Source: an uncultured Chloroflexia bacterium | GTDB lineage: Bacteria; Chloroflexota; Dormibacteria; Aeolococcales; Aeolococcaceae | Assembly: GCA_963841385.1 (NCBI GenBank) | Contig: CAWJCO010000005.1 | Span: 419,434 to 483,433 of the forward strand | Direction of reading: 5' to 3' | DNA: 64,000 nucleotides | In this document: positions 17,816 to 27,462 of the stretch, one piece after another | How positions within the stretch are numbered: the first letter of the stretch is position 1 | Layout of the letters: each line of letters starts with the position of its first letter | Notes under the pieces: model-generated | What the model saw: only the letters and a program-made list of their open reading frames with translations | What the model was told of the DNA's origin: nothing | Database searches by the model: none | Program-made: the position numbers and the translations under genes

Positions 17816-18068
17816 GTCGCTGTACTGAGGCGTACATTGGGCAGCGCATGAGTTGGCACGGTGGTCGGGGCGTCTCCGATCGGGGGGCCGTGGTATCGGG
17901 TAAGATCGCGCACACGCGCTGGGCGCGGCGCACCGCATCCGCGGCTTCGCTGCGAGAGCACGTGTCCCCGTTTCGCGACCGAGGTTTTTCCCGCCGGCGC
18001 CTCCCCGTAGCGTTTGGTTGAGCCGGCACACCCGCCCAGGGCCGGGCGTCGTCAGAAAGGAGGGAGTC

Positions 18069-20036
18069 ATGTCCGTGGAATCGTCTGAGCAGGGCGGCAA
18101 AGCGCGCAGGGTTTGGGGGGCCAAGCTGCCTCCCCGGCTGTGGGCCGTGGTGGGCCTCGCCGCCATCGGCGCGGCTGCCTGCGGCTCGACCAGCACCAGC
18201 ACCACCGGCGCCGCTGTCGCCAACATCAACCCCACCACCTGGAACACCTCGACGGTCTCCTGGCTGACCAAGAACGTCAACGACACCGGTACCCCGCCCT
18301 CCACGCCGACCGGGACGCTGTCCCTGGCCGGCTCCACGGATGTCTCCGGGATGCTCGACCCCCAGGGTGAGTACGACACCATCGGCTACTCGGTGCTGCT
18401 CACCATGGACCGGACCCTGGTCGGCTACCAGCCCTCCAGCAACTTCAACAGCGCGACCTCGGTCGTCGACGACGCGGCCAGCTCCTACACGGTCAGCAAC
18501 GGCGGGTCCACCTACACCTTCCACCTCCGGTCGGGGCTGAGGTGGGCCGTGACCGACCCGGCGACCGGCGCCCCGGTCGCCCCTGACGACGGGACACCGG
18601 TGACCGCTCAGGATTACGCCCTCGGCCTCGAGCGCGAGTGCGACCCGACGCTGTCCGCGTACGGCAACCCGAGCTACTACACGTCCACCATCCAGGGCTA
18701 CGCCACCTACTGCAGCGGCTTCGAGGCCCTGCCCGCCACCGCCACCCCGGCACAGCGGGCCGCCTACATCCAGGCCAACCCGATCTCGGGCATCTCGACC
18801 CCTGACAACCAGACCCTGGTCATCAACCTGACCAGCCCGGCGGTCGACTTCCCGAACATCATGTCCATGTTCTTCGCCGCCGCCGCACCGCCGTCGTCCC
18901 TGAACTACACGCCGCTCACGGCGGGCAACCCGATCTGGTCCGACGGCCCCTACGAGGTGCAGACCTACACCCCGGGCCAGAGCATCGTTTTGGTTCCCAA
19001 CCCCTACTGGGGAGCCACCAGCGGCACCAACACCACAGCAACGAGCTGGAGTGAGGACCCGATCCACCACCGCTACGTCGCCGAGATCAGCATCAACGAG
19101 AAGCTCGGATCCGACGCCGCCGCGGACGAGGTCCAGCAGGAGATTCAGGCCAACACCCTCGACCTGGAGTGGAACACCACCGTTCCCGCCTCGTCGCTGC
19201 CCTCCCTGGCCAACTACACCAACCCGCTCTTCGGCAGCTTCCCCTCCCCGGGGATCACCAACCCGTACCTGGTCTTCAACCTCCAGGCGGACACCCCGCT
19301 GAAGAACGTCGCGGTTCGCCAGGCCCTCGAGTACGCGATCAACAAGGTGGCGTTGGCCAAGATCTACGGTGGCAGCGACTTCAACGTGCCCCTGAACCAG
19401 GTCTTCGGCCCCGGCGCCCAGGGGTACATCGCGGGCTACGACCCGTACCCCACCCCCAACAACGAGGGTGACACCGCCAAGTGCAAGTCGCTGCTCAAGG
19501 CCGCCGGGTACGCGAACGGCTTCACCATCACCGACTACTACCGCACTGACGGCAACCACCCCGCCATCTTCCAGGAGGTCCAGAAGGACTTCGGGGCCTG
19601 CGGCGTGACCGTCACCGGCCACGGCGTCTCCCAGGGCTACTACACCGCGACCGGCATCCTGCAGACGTCGGCCAGCGCGCTGGCCAGCTCCGGATGGGAC
19701 ATCACCGAGCCCGGATGGGTCCCCGACTGGTACGGCCCGGCCAGCGCCCGGTCGATCCTTCCCGACCTCTTCGCCAGCTCGGACTTCCCGGGCACCAACT
19801 GGGGCGACTTCAGCAACTCGACCGTCGACGGCCTGATCACCAAGGCGGAGACCGCGACCACCCTGGCCGCGTCCACCAGCTACTGGCAGCAGGCCAACAA
19901 GGCGGTCATGGAGCAGGCCCCCTTCATCCCCTTCATGGGCCAGCTCACCAACCTGATGCACTCCTCGTCCGTCCACAACGCCCTCTACAACCCGTTCTCG
20001 GCGCAGTACAACCTCGCTGACATCTGGCTGAGCTGA
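18069..20036 (+). CDS. ABC transporter substrate-binding lipoprotein, family 5 (peptide/nickel/oligosaccharide type)
   Basis: AAGGAGGGAG RBS then ATG. Lipobox-like LAAIGAAACGS. SBP_bac_5-like blocks (YTFHLRSGLRW, PVTAQDY, GPYEVQTYTPGQSIVLVPNPYW, YPTPNNEGD, AKCKSLLKAAGY). Confidence 0.9.
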   Translation: MSVESSEQGGKARRVWGAKLPPRLWAVVGLAAIGAAACGSTSTSTTGAAVANINPTTWNTSTVSWLTKNVNDTGTPPSTPTGTLSLAGSTDVSGMLDPQGEYDTIGYSVLLTMDRTLVGYQPSSNFNSATSVVDDAASSYTVSNGGSTYTFHLRSGLRWAVTDPATGAPVAPDDGTPVTAQDYALGLERECDPTLSAYGNPSYYTSTIQGYATYCSGFEALPATATPAQRAAYIQANPISGISTPDNQTLVINLTSPAVDFPNIMSMFFAAAAPPSSLNYTPLTAGNPIWSDGPYEVQTYTPGQSIVLVPNPYWGATSGTNTTATSWSEDPIHHRYVAEISINEKLGSDAAADEVQQEIQANTLDLEWNTTVPASSLPSLANYTNPLFGSFPSPGITNPYLVFNLQADTPLKNVAVRQALEYAINKVALAKIYGGSDFNVPLNQVFGPGAQGYIAGYDPYPTPNNEGDTAKCKSLLKAAGYANGFTITDYYRTDGNHPAIFQEVQKDFGACGVTVTGHGVSQGYYTATGILQTSASALASSGWDITEPGWVPDWYGPASARSILPDLFASSDFPGTNWGDFSNSTVDGLITKAETATTLAASTSYWQQANKAVMEQAPFIPFMGQLTNLMHSSSVHNALYNPFSAQYNLADIWLS

Positions 20037-20053
20037 CACCGCAATCAGGGCTC

Positions 20054-20083
20054 GGCACCTCCGCCCCGGTGGGCGGAGGTGCC
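20054..20083 (+). terminator. Strong stem-loop (13-bp perfect stem, 4-nt loop) after the SBP gene; intra-operon attenuator or terminator
   Basis: GGCACCTCCGCCC-cggt-GGGCGGAGGTGCC begins 18 nt after the stop at 20036. There is no U-tract. Confidence 0.5.
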
Positions 20084-20233
20084 CGCCCGGCGGTCCCCAT
20101 CCCAAGCCGCAGGCGCGCCCCAGCAGACCCTCGAGCGCCATCCCACCCCCCTGCCGAAACACGCTATCGTGGTGATCGACGTGACCATGACGGGACTTAG
20201 CCGACCAGCGCCGTCGGCGACCGCTCCGCTCCG

Positions 20234-21322
20234 ATGAGCCTCCTGAGCGTTCACGGTCTGACCGTCTCCTTCCCCACCTCGGATGGCATCGTGCGAGCCG
20301 TCCGCGGGCTCTCCTTCGACGTCGAGCCGGGGCAGACACTGGGGATCGTCGGCGAGACCGGCTCAGGCAAGAGCGTCACGGCGCTCAGCCTGCTCGGGCT
20401 CAACCCCGGTGCCGACATCAGCGGCTCCGCGGTTTTCGAGGGCCGTGACCTGCTGACCATGGAGCCCGATTCGATCCGGCGGGTCCGGGGTGCTGAGATC
20501 GCCATGATCTTCCAGGACCCGCTCTCCAGCCTCCACCCCTACTACCGGGTCGGCTGGCAGATCGTCGAGGCGATCCGCGCCCACACCCAGGTGAGCCGCG
20601 ACCGGGCGATGCGTCAGGCGGTCGAGCTGCTCCGGCTGGTCAGCATCCCGCAGCCAGAGCGCCGGGTGCAGGCGTTCCCCCACGAGCTCTCCGGAGGCAT
20701 GCGCCAGCGGGCCATGATCGCCATGGCCCTGGCGCTCCGGCCCAAGCTGCTGATCGCTGACGAGCCGACCACGGCCCTCGACGCCACCGTCCAGGCCCAG
20801 CTCATGGAGCTCCTGGGCGGCATGCAGCGGGAGCTGGGGATGGCCATGATCGTCATCACCCACGACCTCGGCCTGGTGGCCACCGTGGCCGACAGGGTGC
20901 TGGTCATGTACGCGGGCCGCGGTGCCGAGAGCGCCGACTACCGGACCATCTTCCACAGCCCCCATCACCCCTACACCCGGGGGCTGCTCGCCTCGATCCC
21001 GGGTGCGGCCGGCAGCGGCGGGCGGTTGATCCCCATCGTGGGCCAGCCGCCGAGCCTGATCCGGATCCCGAGCGGCTGCGCCTTCCATCCCCGCTGCCCG
21101 TTCGCCATGGACGTCTGCGTCCGCGAACAGCCCCCGTTCGCCGCCGTCAGCGACGGCGAGGGGCACTCGTCGGCCTGCTGGCTTCCCCCCGAGGCGGTCG
21201 GCATCGGCCCCGCCGCCGACGCCGCGCGCGAGCGGTACGTCAGGGGCCGGCAGGGGCCGGCGGTGTCGCGGCTCCGCGATGCCAGGTCCCCACGGAGTGG
21301 AGGCGATGTCGCTCTCGCCTGA
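20234..21322 (+). CDS. ABC transporter ATP-binding protein (DppD/OppD type)
   Basis: Walker A GETGSGKS, signature LSGGMRQR, Walker B LLIADEPTTALD, and a C-terminal oligopeptide-type extension with CAFHPRCP. Confidence 0.92.
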   Translation: MSLLSVHGLTVSFPTSDGIVRAVRGLSFDVEPGQTLGIVGETGSGKSVTALSLLGLNPGADISGSAVFEGRDLLTMEPDSIRRVRGAEIAMIFQDPLSSLHPYYRVGWQIVEAIRAHTQVSRDRAMRQAVELLRLVSIPQPERRVQAFPHELSGGMRQRAMIAMALALRPKLLIADEPTTALDATVQAQLMELLGGMQRELGMAMIVITHDLGLVATVADRVLVMYAGRGAESADYRTIFHSPHHPYTRGLLASIPGAAGSGGRLIPIVGQPPSLIRIPSGCAFHPRCPFAMDVCVREQPPFAAVSDGEGHSSACWLPPEAVGIGPAADAARERYVRGRQGPAVSRLRDARSPRSGGDVALA

Positions 21323-22466
21323 TCCGGGCCAGCCCCCGTTGCCCGCGACTGGCGACCAGGCGTCGCCCGTTCCCTCAGGCCCGGTGGAGACGCTGCTCCG
21401 GGTCGAGAACGTGGTCAAGCACTTCCCGATCAAGCGGGGCATCTTCTTCAAGCGCCAGATCGGCAGCGTGCAGGCCGTGGAGGGGGTGAACCTCGAGGTC
21501 CGCAGGGGCGAGACCCTGGGCCTGGTCGGCGAGACCGGCTGCGGGAAGTCGACGCTGGCCCGCTGCATCACCCGCCTCCACCCGCTCACGTCCGGCCGGA
21601 TCGTGTTCGACGGGGTGGACCTCAGCCATCTTTCGCCGCGCCAGATGCGGCCCTTCCGGCGCCGGATGCAGATGATCTTCCAGGACCCCTACGGCTCGCT
21701 GAACCCGCGCCGCCGGGTCGGCTCCATCATCGGCGACCCGCTCACCATCCACGATGTCGCGGAGGGCCCCGAGCGCAAGCGCAGGGTGCAGGAGCTGATG
21801 GAGATCGTCGGCCTCAACCCCGAGCACTACAACCGCTTCCCGTCGGAGTTCTCGGGCGGCCAGCGCCAGCGGATCGGGGTGGCTCGGGCCCTGGCGCTGA
21901 GGCCGAGCCTGGTGGTCTGCGACGAGCCGGTCTCCGCCCTGGACGTCTCGGTCCAGGCCCAGATCATCAACCTGCTCGAGGACCTTCAGGGGGAGTTCGG
22001 CCTCACCTACGTCTTCATCGCCCACGACCTCGCCGTGGTCGAGCACGTGAGCGACCGGGTGGCGGTGATGTACCTCGGCAAGGTGGTGGAGCTCGCCGAC
22101 AAGGCCGAGCTGTTCGGCTCGCCGCGCCACCCCTACACCGCGGCCCTGCTCTCGGCGTCGATGATCGCCGACCCGGAGAGGGCACGCTCCTCACACCGGG
22201 TCGTCCTCTACGGCGACGTGCCCTCGCCCATCAACCCCCCCAGCGGCTGCCGCTTCCACACCCGCTGCCCCAAGGCGCAGCCGATCTGCTCGGTGGAGGA
22301 GCCACCCCTCGAGGTGAAGCCGGGGGACCCCCGAGGCCACGTCGCCGCCTGTCACTTCCCGGTCCAGCCGGGGGAGACCCTGGTCGGCGCGACCCCCGCG
22401 TTTGGCGAGGCGATCGCCGGCCTCGCCGCCACCTTGCCGGAAGCGAGGGGGGAGGGCCCGAGATGA
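21306..22466 (+). CDS. ABC transporter ATP-binding protein (DppF/OppF type)
   Basis: Walker [10 protein letters not shown], signature FSGGQRQR, Walker [13 protein letters not shown], and CRFHTRCP. The ATG at 21306 is preceded by GGAGG. Confidence 0.9.
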   Translation: MSLSPDPGQPPLPATGDQASPVPSGPVETLLRVENVVKHFPIKRGIFFKRQIGSVQAVEGVNLEVRRGETLGLVGETGCGKSTLARCITRLHPLTSGRIVFDGVDLSHLSPRQMRPFRRRMQMIFQDPYGSLNPRRRVGSIIGDPLTIHDVAEGPERKRRVQELMEIVGLNPEHYNRFPSEFSGGQRQRIGVARALALRPSLVVCDEPVSALDVSVQAQIINLLEDLQGEFGLTYVFIAHDLAVVEHVSDRVAVMYLGKVVELADKAELFGSPRHPYTAALLSASMIADPERARSSHRVVLYGDVPSPINPPSGCRFHTRCPKAQPICSVEEPPLEVKPGDPRGHVAACHFPVQPGETLVGATPAFGEAIAGLAATLPEARGEGPR

Positions 22467-23521
22467 GCCTGGCGCCCTTCGACGTGCCCACCAGCGAGGT
22501 GCTCGAGCAGCCCTCGGCTGACGCTGGCCTGGGCGGTCGCGCGATCGAGGGGCGGAGCCCGCTGCGCCTGGCCCTGGCCCGGCTCCGCACCGACCGGATG
22601 GCCTGGGTGGCCGCCGGCATGATCGTGCTGATGGCGCTGCTCGCGATCGTCGCCCCCCTGATCTCGACGGTGACCGGGCACAGCGCCTACAACCCCGACC
22701 TGGTCAACGGGACCAACAGCTTCGGTCAGCCCTACGGGCCCGGACAGGCCGGCTTCATCTTCGGGACCGACAACCTCGGTCGCGACATCTTGGTGCGCGT
22801 CGCCTACGGGGCGCGCATCTCGCTGCTGGTCGGCGTGCTGGCCACGCTGCTCGCCACCGTCGGCGGGACCGTCATCGGGCTGGTCTCCGGCTACTTCGGC
22901 GGCTGGATCGACGCCCTGCTCGCCCGCCTGATGGACGCGGTCCTCTCCTTCCCCTACGTGCTGGCCGCGATCGTCATCGCATCCGTCTTCGGGGGCAGCC
23001 TCGCGCTCACCATCGGGGTCATCGCCTTCTTCTCGTGGGCCGCCATCGGCAGGATCGTGCGCGGCCAGACCCTCTCCCAGAAGGAGAAGGAGTACGTCGA
23101 GGCCGCCCGCTCCATCGGCGCGGCGCCGTTCCGGATCATGTTCGTCGACATCCTCCCCAACCTGATCGCTCCGGTGCTCGTGCTGGGCACCCTCCTGGTC
23201 CCGGTGGCGATCGTCTTCGAGGCCACCCTGGACTACCTCGGGGTGGGCGTGGGGCCGCCGATCCCCACCTGGGGCAACATGCTCGCCGACGACCAGGGCT
23301 CGGCGGGCTTCGGCGCCTGGTGGTTCTGGGTCTTCCCCTCCATCGCCCTGCTGATCACGACCCTCGGATTCAACCTGCTGGGGGACTCGGTGCGCGACGC
23401 CCTCGACCCGCGCACCGAGCGCATCTTCGCCATGCGCCGCAAGGGGGCGGGGGCGACCGGCGGTCCGGGCGAACCGGCTCCCGCCGACTCCGCACAGGTC
23501 TCTGAGCCGGCGCCGTCATGA
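22463..23521 (+). CDS. ABC transporter permease (DppC/OppC type)
   Basis: ATGA overlap with the upstream stop. N-terminal OppC-like segment and the EAA-type loop EYVEAARSIGAAPFRIMFVDILPN. Confidence 0.9.
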   Translation: MSLAPFDVPTSEVLEQPSADAGLGGRAIEGRSPLRLALARLRTDRMAWVAAGMIVLMALLAIVAPLISTVTGHSAYNPDLVNGTNSFGQPYGPGQAGFIFGTDNLGRDILVRVAYGARISLLVGVLATLLATVGGTVIGLVSGYFGGWIDALLARLMDAVLSFPYVLAAIVIASVFGGSLALTIGVIAFFSWAAIGRIVRGQTLSQKEKEYVEAARSIGAAPFRIMFVDILPNLIAPVLVLGTLLVPVAIVFEATLDYLGVGVGPPIPTWGNMLADDQGSAGFGAWWFWVFPSIALLITTLGFNLLGDSVRDALDPRTERIFAMRRKGAGATGGPGEPAPADSAQVSEPAPS

Positions 23522-24480
23522 TCCGGTTCATCATCCGCCGCGTGGTCCAGGGGATCATCACCCTCTGGGTCATCGTCAGCCTGGTCTTCGTCCTTTTCTT
23601 CATGACCAAGCCCGACCCGGCGCGGCTGCTCGCCGGCAAGGAGGCGACGGTGGCCCAGGTGGCGACCATCCGGAGGGCGCTCGGCCTCGACGCGCCCCTC
23701 TGGCAGCAGTACCTGAGCTTCCTGGGCCGGCTGGTGCAGGGCAACCTCGGCGAGTCGTACAAGCTGCACGAGCAGGTGACCACGCTCCTCGGGCAGTGGG
23801 TGCAGGTCGACATCTCCCTGGCCGTGGGCGCCGGCATCATCTGGCTCGTCATGGGCCTGAGCGTCGGCATCCTTGCCGCCCGCCGGCCCCGCAGCGTCTG
23901 GGACCGCAGCGCCACGGTGTTCGTGCTGGTCGGACTCTCCACCCCCACCTTCATCCTCGGCCTGCTGCTCCTCTTCGTCTTCTTCTACATCCTCACCACC
24001 CACGGGATCGCGATCTTCCCCAGCGCCGGCAACTACACGCCGTTCCTGACCAATCCCGCGGAGTGGGCCCACGACCTGATCCTCCCCTGGCTGACGCTCG
24101 CCCTCATTACCGCGGCGACCTATGCCCGGCTATCCCGCAGTTCGCTGCTCGAGGTGCTGGGCGAGGACTACATCCGGACCGCCCGTGCCAAGGGCCTCTC
24201 CGAGCGGCGGGTCGTCTACCGCCACGCCCTGCGGGCGGCGATCACCCCCATCGTCACCCAGTTCGGCATCGACCTGGCCACGGTGCTGGGCGGGGCCATC
24301 ATCACCGAGACCATCTTCGGCCTGCCCGGTCTGGGCCAGAACGTGGTCAACGCCATCAGCCGGGAGGACCTCCCGGTGATCCAGGGGATCGTGCTGGTGG
24401 CCGCCGCCTTCATCGTGGTCGCCAACATCATCGTCGACGTCCTCTACGCGGTCATCGATCCGCGGGTGAGGCTTTCCTGA
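23518..24480 (+). CDS. ABC transporter permease (DppB/OppB type)
   Basis: ATGA overlap. Starts MIRFIIRRVVQGIITLWVIVSLVFVLF and has the EAA loop DYIRTARAKGLSERRVVYRHALR. Confidence 0.9.
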   Translation: MIRFIIRRVVQGIITLWVIVSLVFVLFFMTKPDPARLLAGKEATVAQVATIRRALGLDAPLWQQYLSFLGRLVQGNLGESYKLHEQVTTLLGQWVQVDISLAVGAGIIWLVMGLSVGILAARRPRSVWDRSATVFVLVGLSTPTFILGLLLLFVFFYILTTHGIAIFPSAGNYTPFLTNPAEWAHDLILPWLTLALITAATYARLSRSSLLEVLGEDYIRTARAKGLSERRVVYRHALRAAITPIVTQFGIDLATVLGGAIITETIFGLPGLGQNVVNAISREDLPVIQGIVLVAAAFIVVANIIVDVLYAVIDPRVRLS

Positions 24481-24486
24481 GGCGAG

Positions 24487-25896
24487 TCAGTCCGCCGGCA
24501 GGCAGAGGAGGAAGGTGCTGCCCTCACCGGGCCGGCTCCGCTCCAGCACCAGGTCGCCGCCCATCCGCCGCGCGCATTCCCGGCTGACGTAGAGGCCGAG
24601 GCCGGTCCCGGCGGCGCGCTCAGCCCCCGCCCCCCGGACGAAGCGCTCGAAGATGCGCTCGCGGTCCGCCTCGTTCACCCCCACGCCGTGATCGCTGACT
24701 CGGATCTCGATCCCCGCCGCGCTCCGGCGGGCGCTGATCGCCACCGCGGCGGGGGGATCGGAGTAGATCAGTGCGTTGTTGACAAGGTTGTCCATGACGC
24801 GGGTCGCCAGCGCGGCGTCCGCCGCCACCTCCAGCTCGTCGGGACAGTCTAGGGTCAGGGTCGCGCCGGTGAGGTCGAGGCGGGGCACCATCCGGTCGCG
24901 GACGGCCTCGAGCAGAGCCCGGAGCTGGATCCGCTTGCGCTCGATGTGCAGCTCGTTGCTCTCCAGGCGGGCCACGGTGAGCAGCGAGGTGGCGATCTCC
25001 TGCGCCTCGCGCGCCTTGGTGGCGATGACCCGCACCGCCCTGGTGGCCGGCTCTCCGAGCGCGCCGAGGTCGCCGCCGTCGAGCAGCGCGGCATATCCCT
25101 GGATCACCGTGAGCGGAGAGCGCAGCTCATGGACGGCGATGTCGAGCAGCTCCGACTTGGCCCGCTGGGCGGCATCCAGGTTGCGCACCGCGTCGGTCGC
25201 CTCCTGATGGGTGGTGGCGTTGCGCAGGGCGATCCCGGCGATGGAGCCCAGCGTGGAGAGGCTGGTCCGCTCGTCCTCATGAAACGCCGGGTCCCGGTAG
25301 CGGGAGAAGACGAGCAGGCCGGTCACCTCGCCGCCCTCCAGGATGGGCACGCTGGCCGTGTGGCGGACGATGCTGAGTGCCTCGCGGAACTCCGGGGAGG
25401 CCCGGGTGGTGTCCATGGCGCCGCCGGTCACCACGGCCCGGCGGGCGAGCGCCTCGCGGACCAGCGGCTGCTCCAACAGCCACGGGGTGTCGAAACGGCG
25501 ACCGACCCAGGTGACGCCCTCCCGGCCACCGACCGCGGCCTCGATGGTGAGCTGCCCGTCCCTCCAGCTCGAGAGGGTCGCGCGGTCGGCGGCCACCAGC
25601 CGCGCTCCCTCGTCGAGGATCGTGTTGACCACCGTCCGCGGATCCAGCGAGCTGCTCATGGCCATGGCCAGTGCCAGCAGAGCCTCGGCGTCCCGATGGT
25701 CGCCCGACTCGGCGCCGGGGGACGTCGCGGCAGGTGCGCTGCTCGCCGTCGCCCGCTCCGTGGGTGCCCGCTCCGACGCTGACGCCCGCAGCGACGAACG
25801 CTCCCCCGCCTCCGGGGAAAGCTGAGTGTCGCCCACGGTAACATCACCCATGACCGCTATCATCATAGCTGGTTGCTCGGAGGCTGGATAAGCCAT
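24487..25896 (-). CDS. Sensor histidine kinase with GAF domain (no adjacent response regulator)
   Basis: H-box HELRSPLTVIQGYAALL, N-box DNLVNNALIYS, G-boxes DHGVGV / GTGLGLYV, and an upstream GAF-like region. The start was set at the ATG at 25896. The ORF-track start at 26025 would leave only 17 nt before divergent osmC. Confidence 0.85.
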   Translation of the reverse strand: MAYPASEQPAMMIAVMGDVTVGDTQLSPEAGERSSLRASASERAPTERATASSAPAATSPGAESGDHRDAEALLALAMAMSSSLDPRTVVNTILDEGARLVAADRATLSSWRDGQLTIEAAVGGREGVTWVGRRFDTPWLLEQPLVREALARRAVVTGGAMDTTRASPEFREALSIVRHTASVPILEGGEVTGLLVFSRYRDPAFHEDERTSLSTLGSIAGIALRNATTHQEATDAVRNLDAAQRAKSELLDIAVHELRSPLTVIQGYAALLDGGDLGALGEPATRAVRVIATKAREAQEIATSLLTVARLESNELHIERKRIQLRALLEAVRDRMVPRLDLTGATLTLDCPDELEVAADAALATRVMDNLVNNALIYSDPPAAVAISARRSAAGIEIRVSDHGVGVNEADRERIFERFVRGAGAERAAGTGLGLYVSRECARRMGGDLVLERSRPGEGSTFLLCLPAD

Positions 25897-26042
25897 CCGA
25901 CGCCGTTGGCTGCGGCACGCCACGCCCCGGACCGGGCCCGGGCGGACCACGTCCTCGGCTCCGCCGGCCTGGCCGGCGACCAGAAAGCCGTCTCCGGGCC
26001 AGTGCACTAGCATCATCGAAACCATCTGATGGAGGGAGAGCG

Positions 26043-26489
26043 ATGCCGACTGCCCACAGCACCGCCGAGGCGACCTGGTCCGGTGATCTCTTCGGGGGCG
26101 GCGGGAGCGTCCGCCCTGGGAGCGGCGCCTTCCCCGAGCTGCCCATCTCCTGGAACCGGCGGGTCCAGCGAGAGCAGGGCGCGACCAGCCCCGAGGAGCT
26201 GATCGCCGCCGCCCACGCCGGCTGCTTCAGCATGGCCCTCTCCAACGAGCTGGCCAAGGCGGGCCATCCCGCGGAGAGCATCGTGGCCTCCGCCAGTGTC
26301 GCGTTCGAGACCGGGCGAGCCGATGGCGCCGCCATCACCTCGGTGGAGCTGGTGGTCCGGGCGCGGGTCCCCGGCATGGACGGCCCGGCGTTCCAGGCGG
26401 CGGCCGAGGGGGCCAGGGCCGGCTGCCCGGTGTCCAAGGCGCTCGCCGGCGTCGAGATCCGGCTCCAGGCCGCGCTGGAAAGCGGGTAG
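26043..26489 (+). CDS. osmC: OsmC-family peroxiredoxin
   Basis: 148 aa with TSPEELIAAAHAGCFSMAL and AGCPVSKAL, the two conserved Cys motifs of OsmC. Confidence 0.9.
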   Translation: MPTAHSTAEATWSGDLFGGGGSVRPGSGAFPELPISWNRRVQREQGATSPEELIAAAHAGCFSMALSNELAKAGHPAESIVASASVAFETGRADGAAITSVELVVRARVPGMDGPAFQAAAEGARAGCPVSKALAGVEIRLQAALESG

Positions 26490-26604
26490 GGCCACGACCG
26501 GCACCGGCACCTCGGTCGCCTCCGGGGAGGGGGCCGCCCCTTTCGGGTCGCCAGCGCGCGGCCCGCTGGCCGGGGTCGGCACCGCCGGTCCGGGCCCGGC
26601 GACG

Positions 26605-27456
26605 GTGCGCTCCGGCACCGCCCCCCCTCTCATCGCCCTCTTCGTCGTCAGCGCGGTCTCGCAGTACGCCGGCGCCTCGCTGGCGGTCCGGGCCTTCGCG
26701 GCCATGCCGGCCGCGGGGGTGGCCTGGATCCGCGTCCTCACCGGCGCCGCCGTGCTCTGCGCCTGGCGGCGCCCGTGGAGGGCGCTGCGAGGCCAGCCCC
26801 GGTCCGCACTCCTGCTGGTGGCCGCCTTCGGGGTGGCCCTGGCGGCCATGAACCTCAGCTTCTACCTCGCCATCTCACGGCTGCCGCTGGGCACGGCGGT
26901 CGCCATCGAGTTCATCGGCCCGGTCCTGGTCGCCGCCCTCGCCGTGCGCGGCGTGCGCAATCTGGCCGCGCTGGTGGTGGCCGTGGCCGGAGTGGCGGTC
27001 CTCAGCCGGATCAGCCTCTCCGGCAGCCCGGCCGGCGTGGGCTTCGCCATCACAGCCGGACTGCTCTGGGCCCTCTACATCGTCCTCGCCCACCGGGTGG
27101 CCCGTCGCGGCCTGGGGACCACCGGGCTGGCGGCGGCCATGGCCGTCGGGGTGGTGGCGATCGCGCCGGTGGCCGCCGCCCCCGCCCTGGAGAGCGCCGG
27201 CCACGGCGCCGTCGTCCTGCTCGCGGTGGCGGTCGGGCTGCTCTCCAGCGTCCTCCCCTACGCGCTCGACCAGGTGCTGCTCCGCCGCCTCTCCCGGGGA
27301 ACCTTCGCCCTCCTGCTCAGCCTGCTGCCGGCCACGGCCGCGCTCACCGGGCTCGTGCTTCTCCGCCAGGTCCCCGGCCCGCTCGAGCTGCTCGGGATCG
27401 GCCTGGTCGTGGTCGCGGTGACCCTGCGCACTCCCGAGGTGGATCCGATCGGCTGA
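26605..27456 (+). CDS. EamA/DMT-family transporter (RhtA-like exporter)
   Basis: About 10 TM segments and two EamA repeats (NLSFYLAISRLPLGTAVAIEFIGPVLVA ... LPYALDQVLLRRLS). The start was set at GTG 26605, downstream of osmC, and is uncertain. Confidence 0.8.
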   Translation: MRSGTAPPLIALFVVSAVSQYAGASLAVRAFAAMPAAGVAWIRVLTGAAVLCAWRRPWRALRGQPRSALLLVAAFGVALAAMNLSFYLAISRLPLGTAVAIEFIGPVLVAALAVRGVRNLAALVVAVAGVAVLSRISLSGSPAGVGFAITAGLLWALYIVLAHRVARRGLGTTGLAAAMAVGVVAIAPVAAAPALESAGHGAVVLLAVAVGLLSSVLPYALDQVLLRRLSRGTFALLLSLLPATAALTGLVLLRQVPGPLELLGIGLVVVAVTLRTPEVDPIG

Positions 27457-27462
27457 CCCGGG

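Noticed and set aside
17685-20339. 884-aa ORF on the minus strand
   Set aside because: It lies antisense to the well-supported ABC substrate-binding gene. The translation is Arg/Gly/Pro/Val-rich low-complexity sequence with no recognisable motifs. This is a typical shadow ORF of GC-rich DNA.
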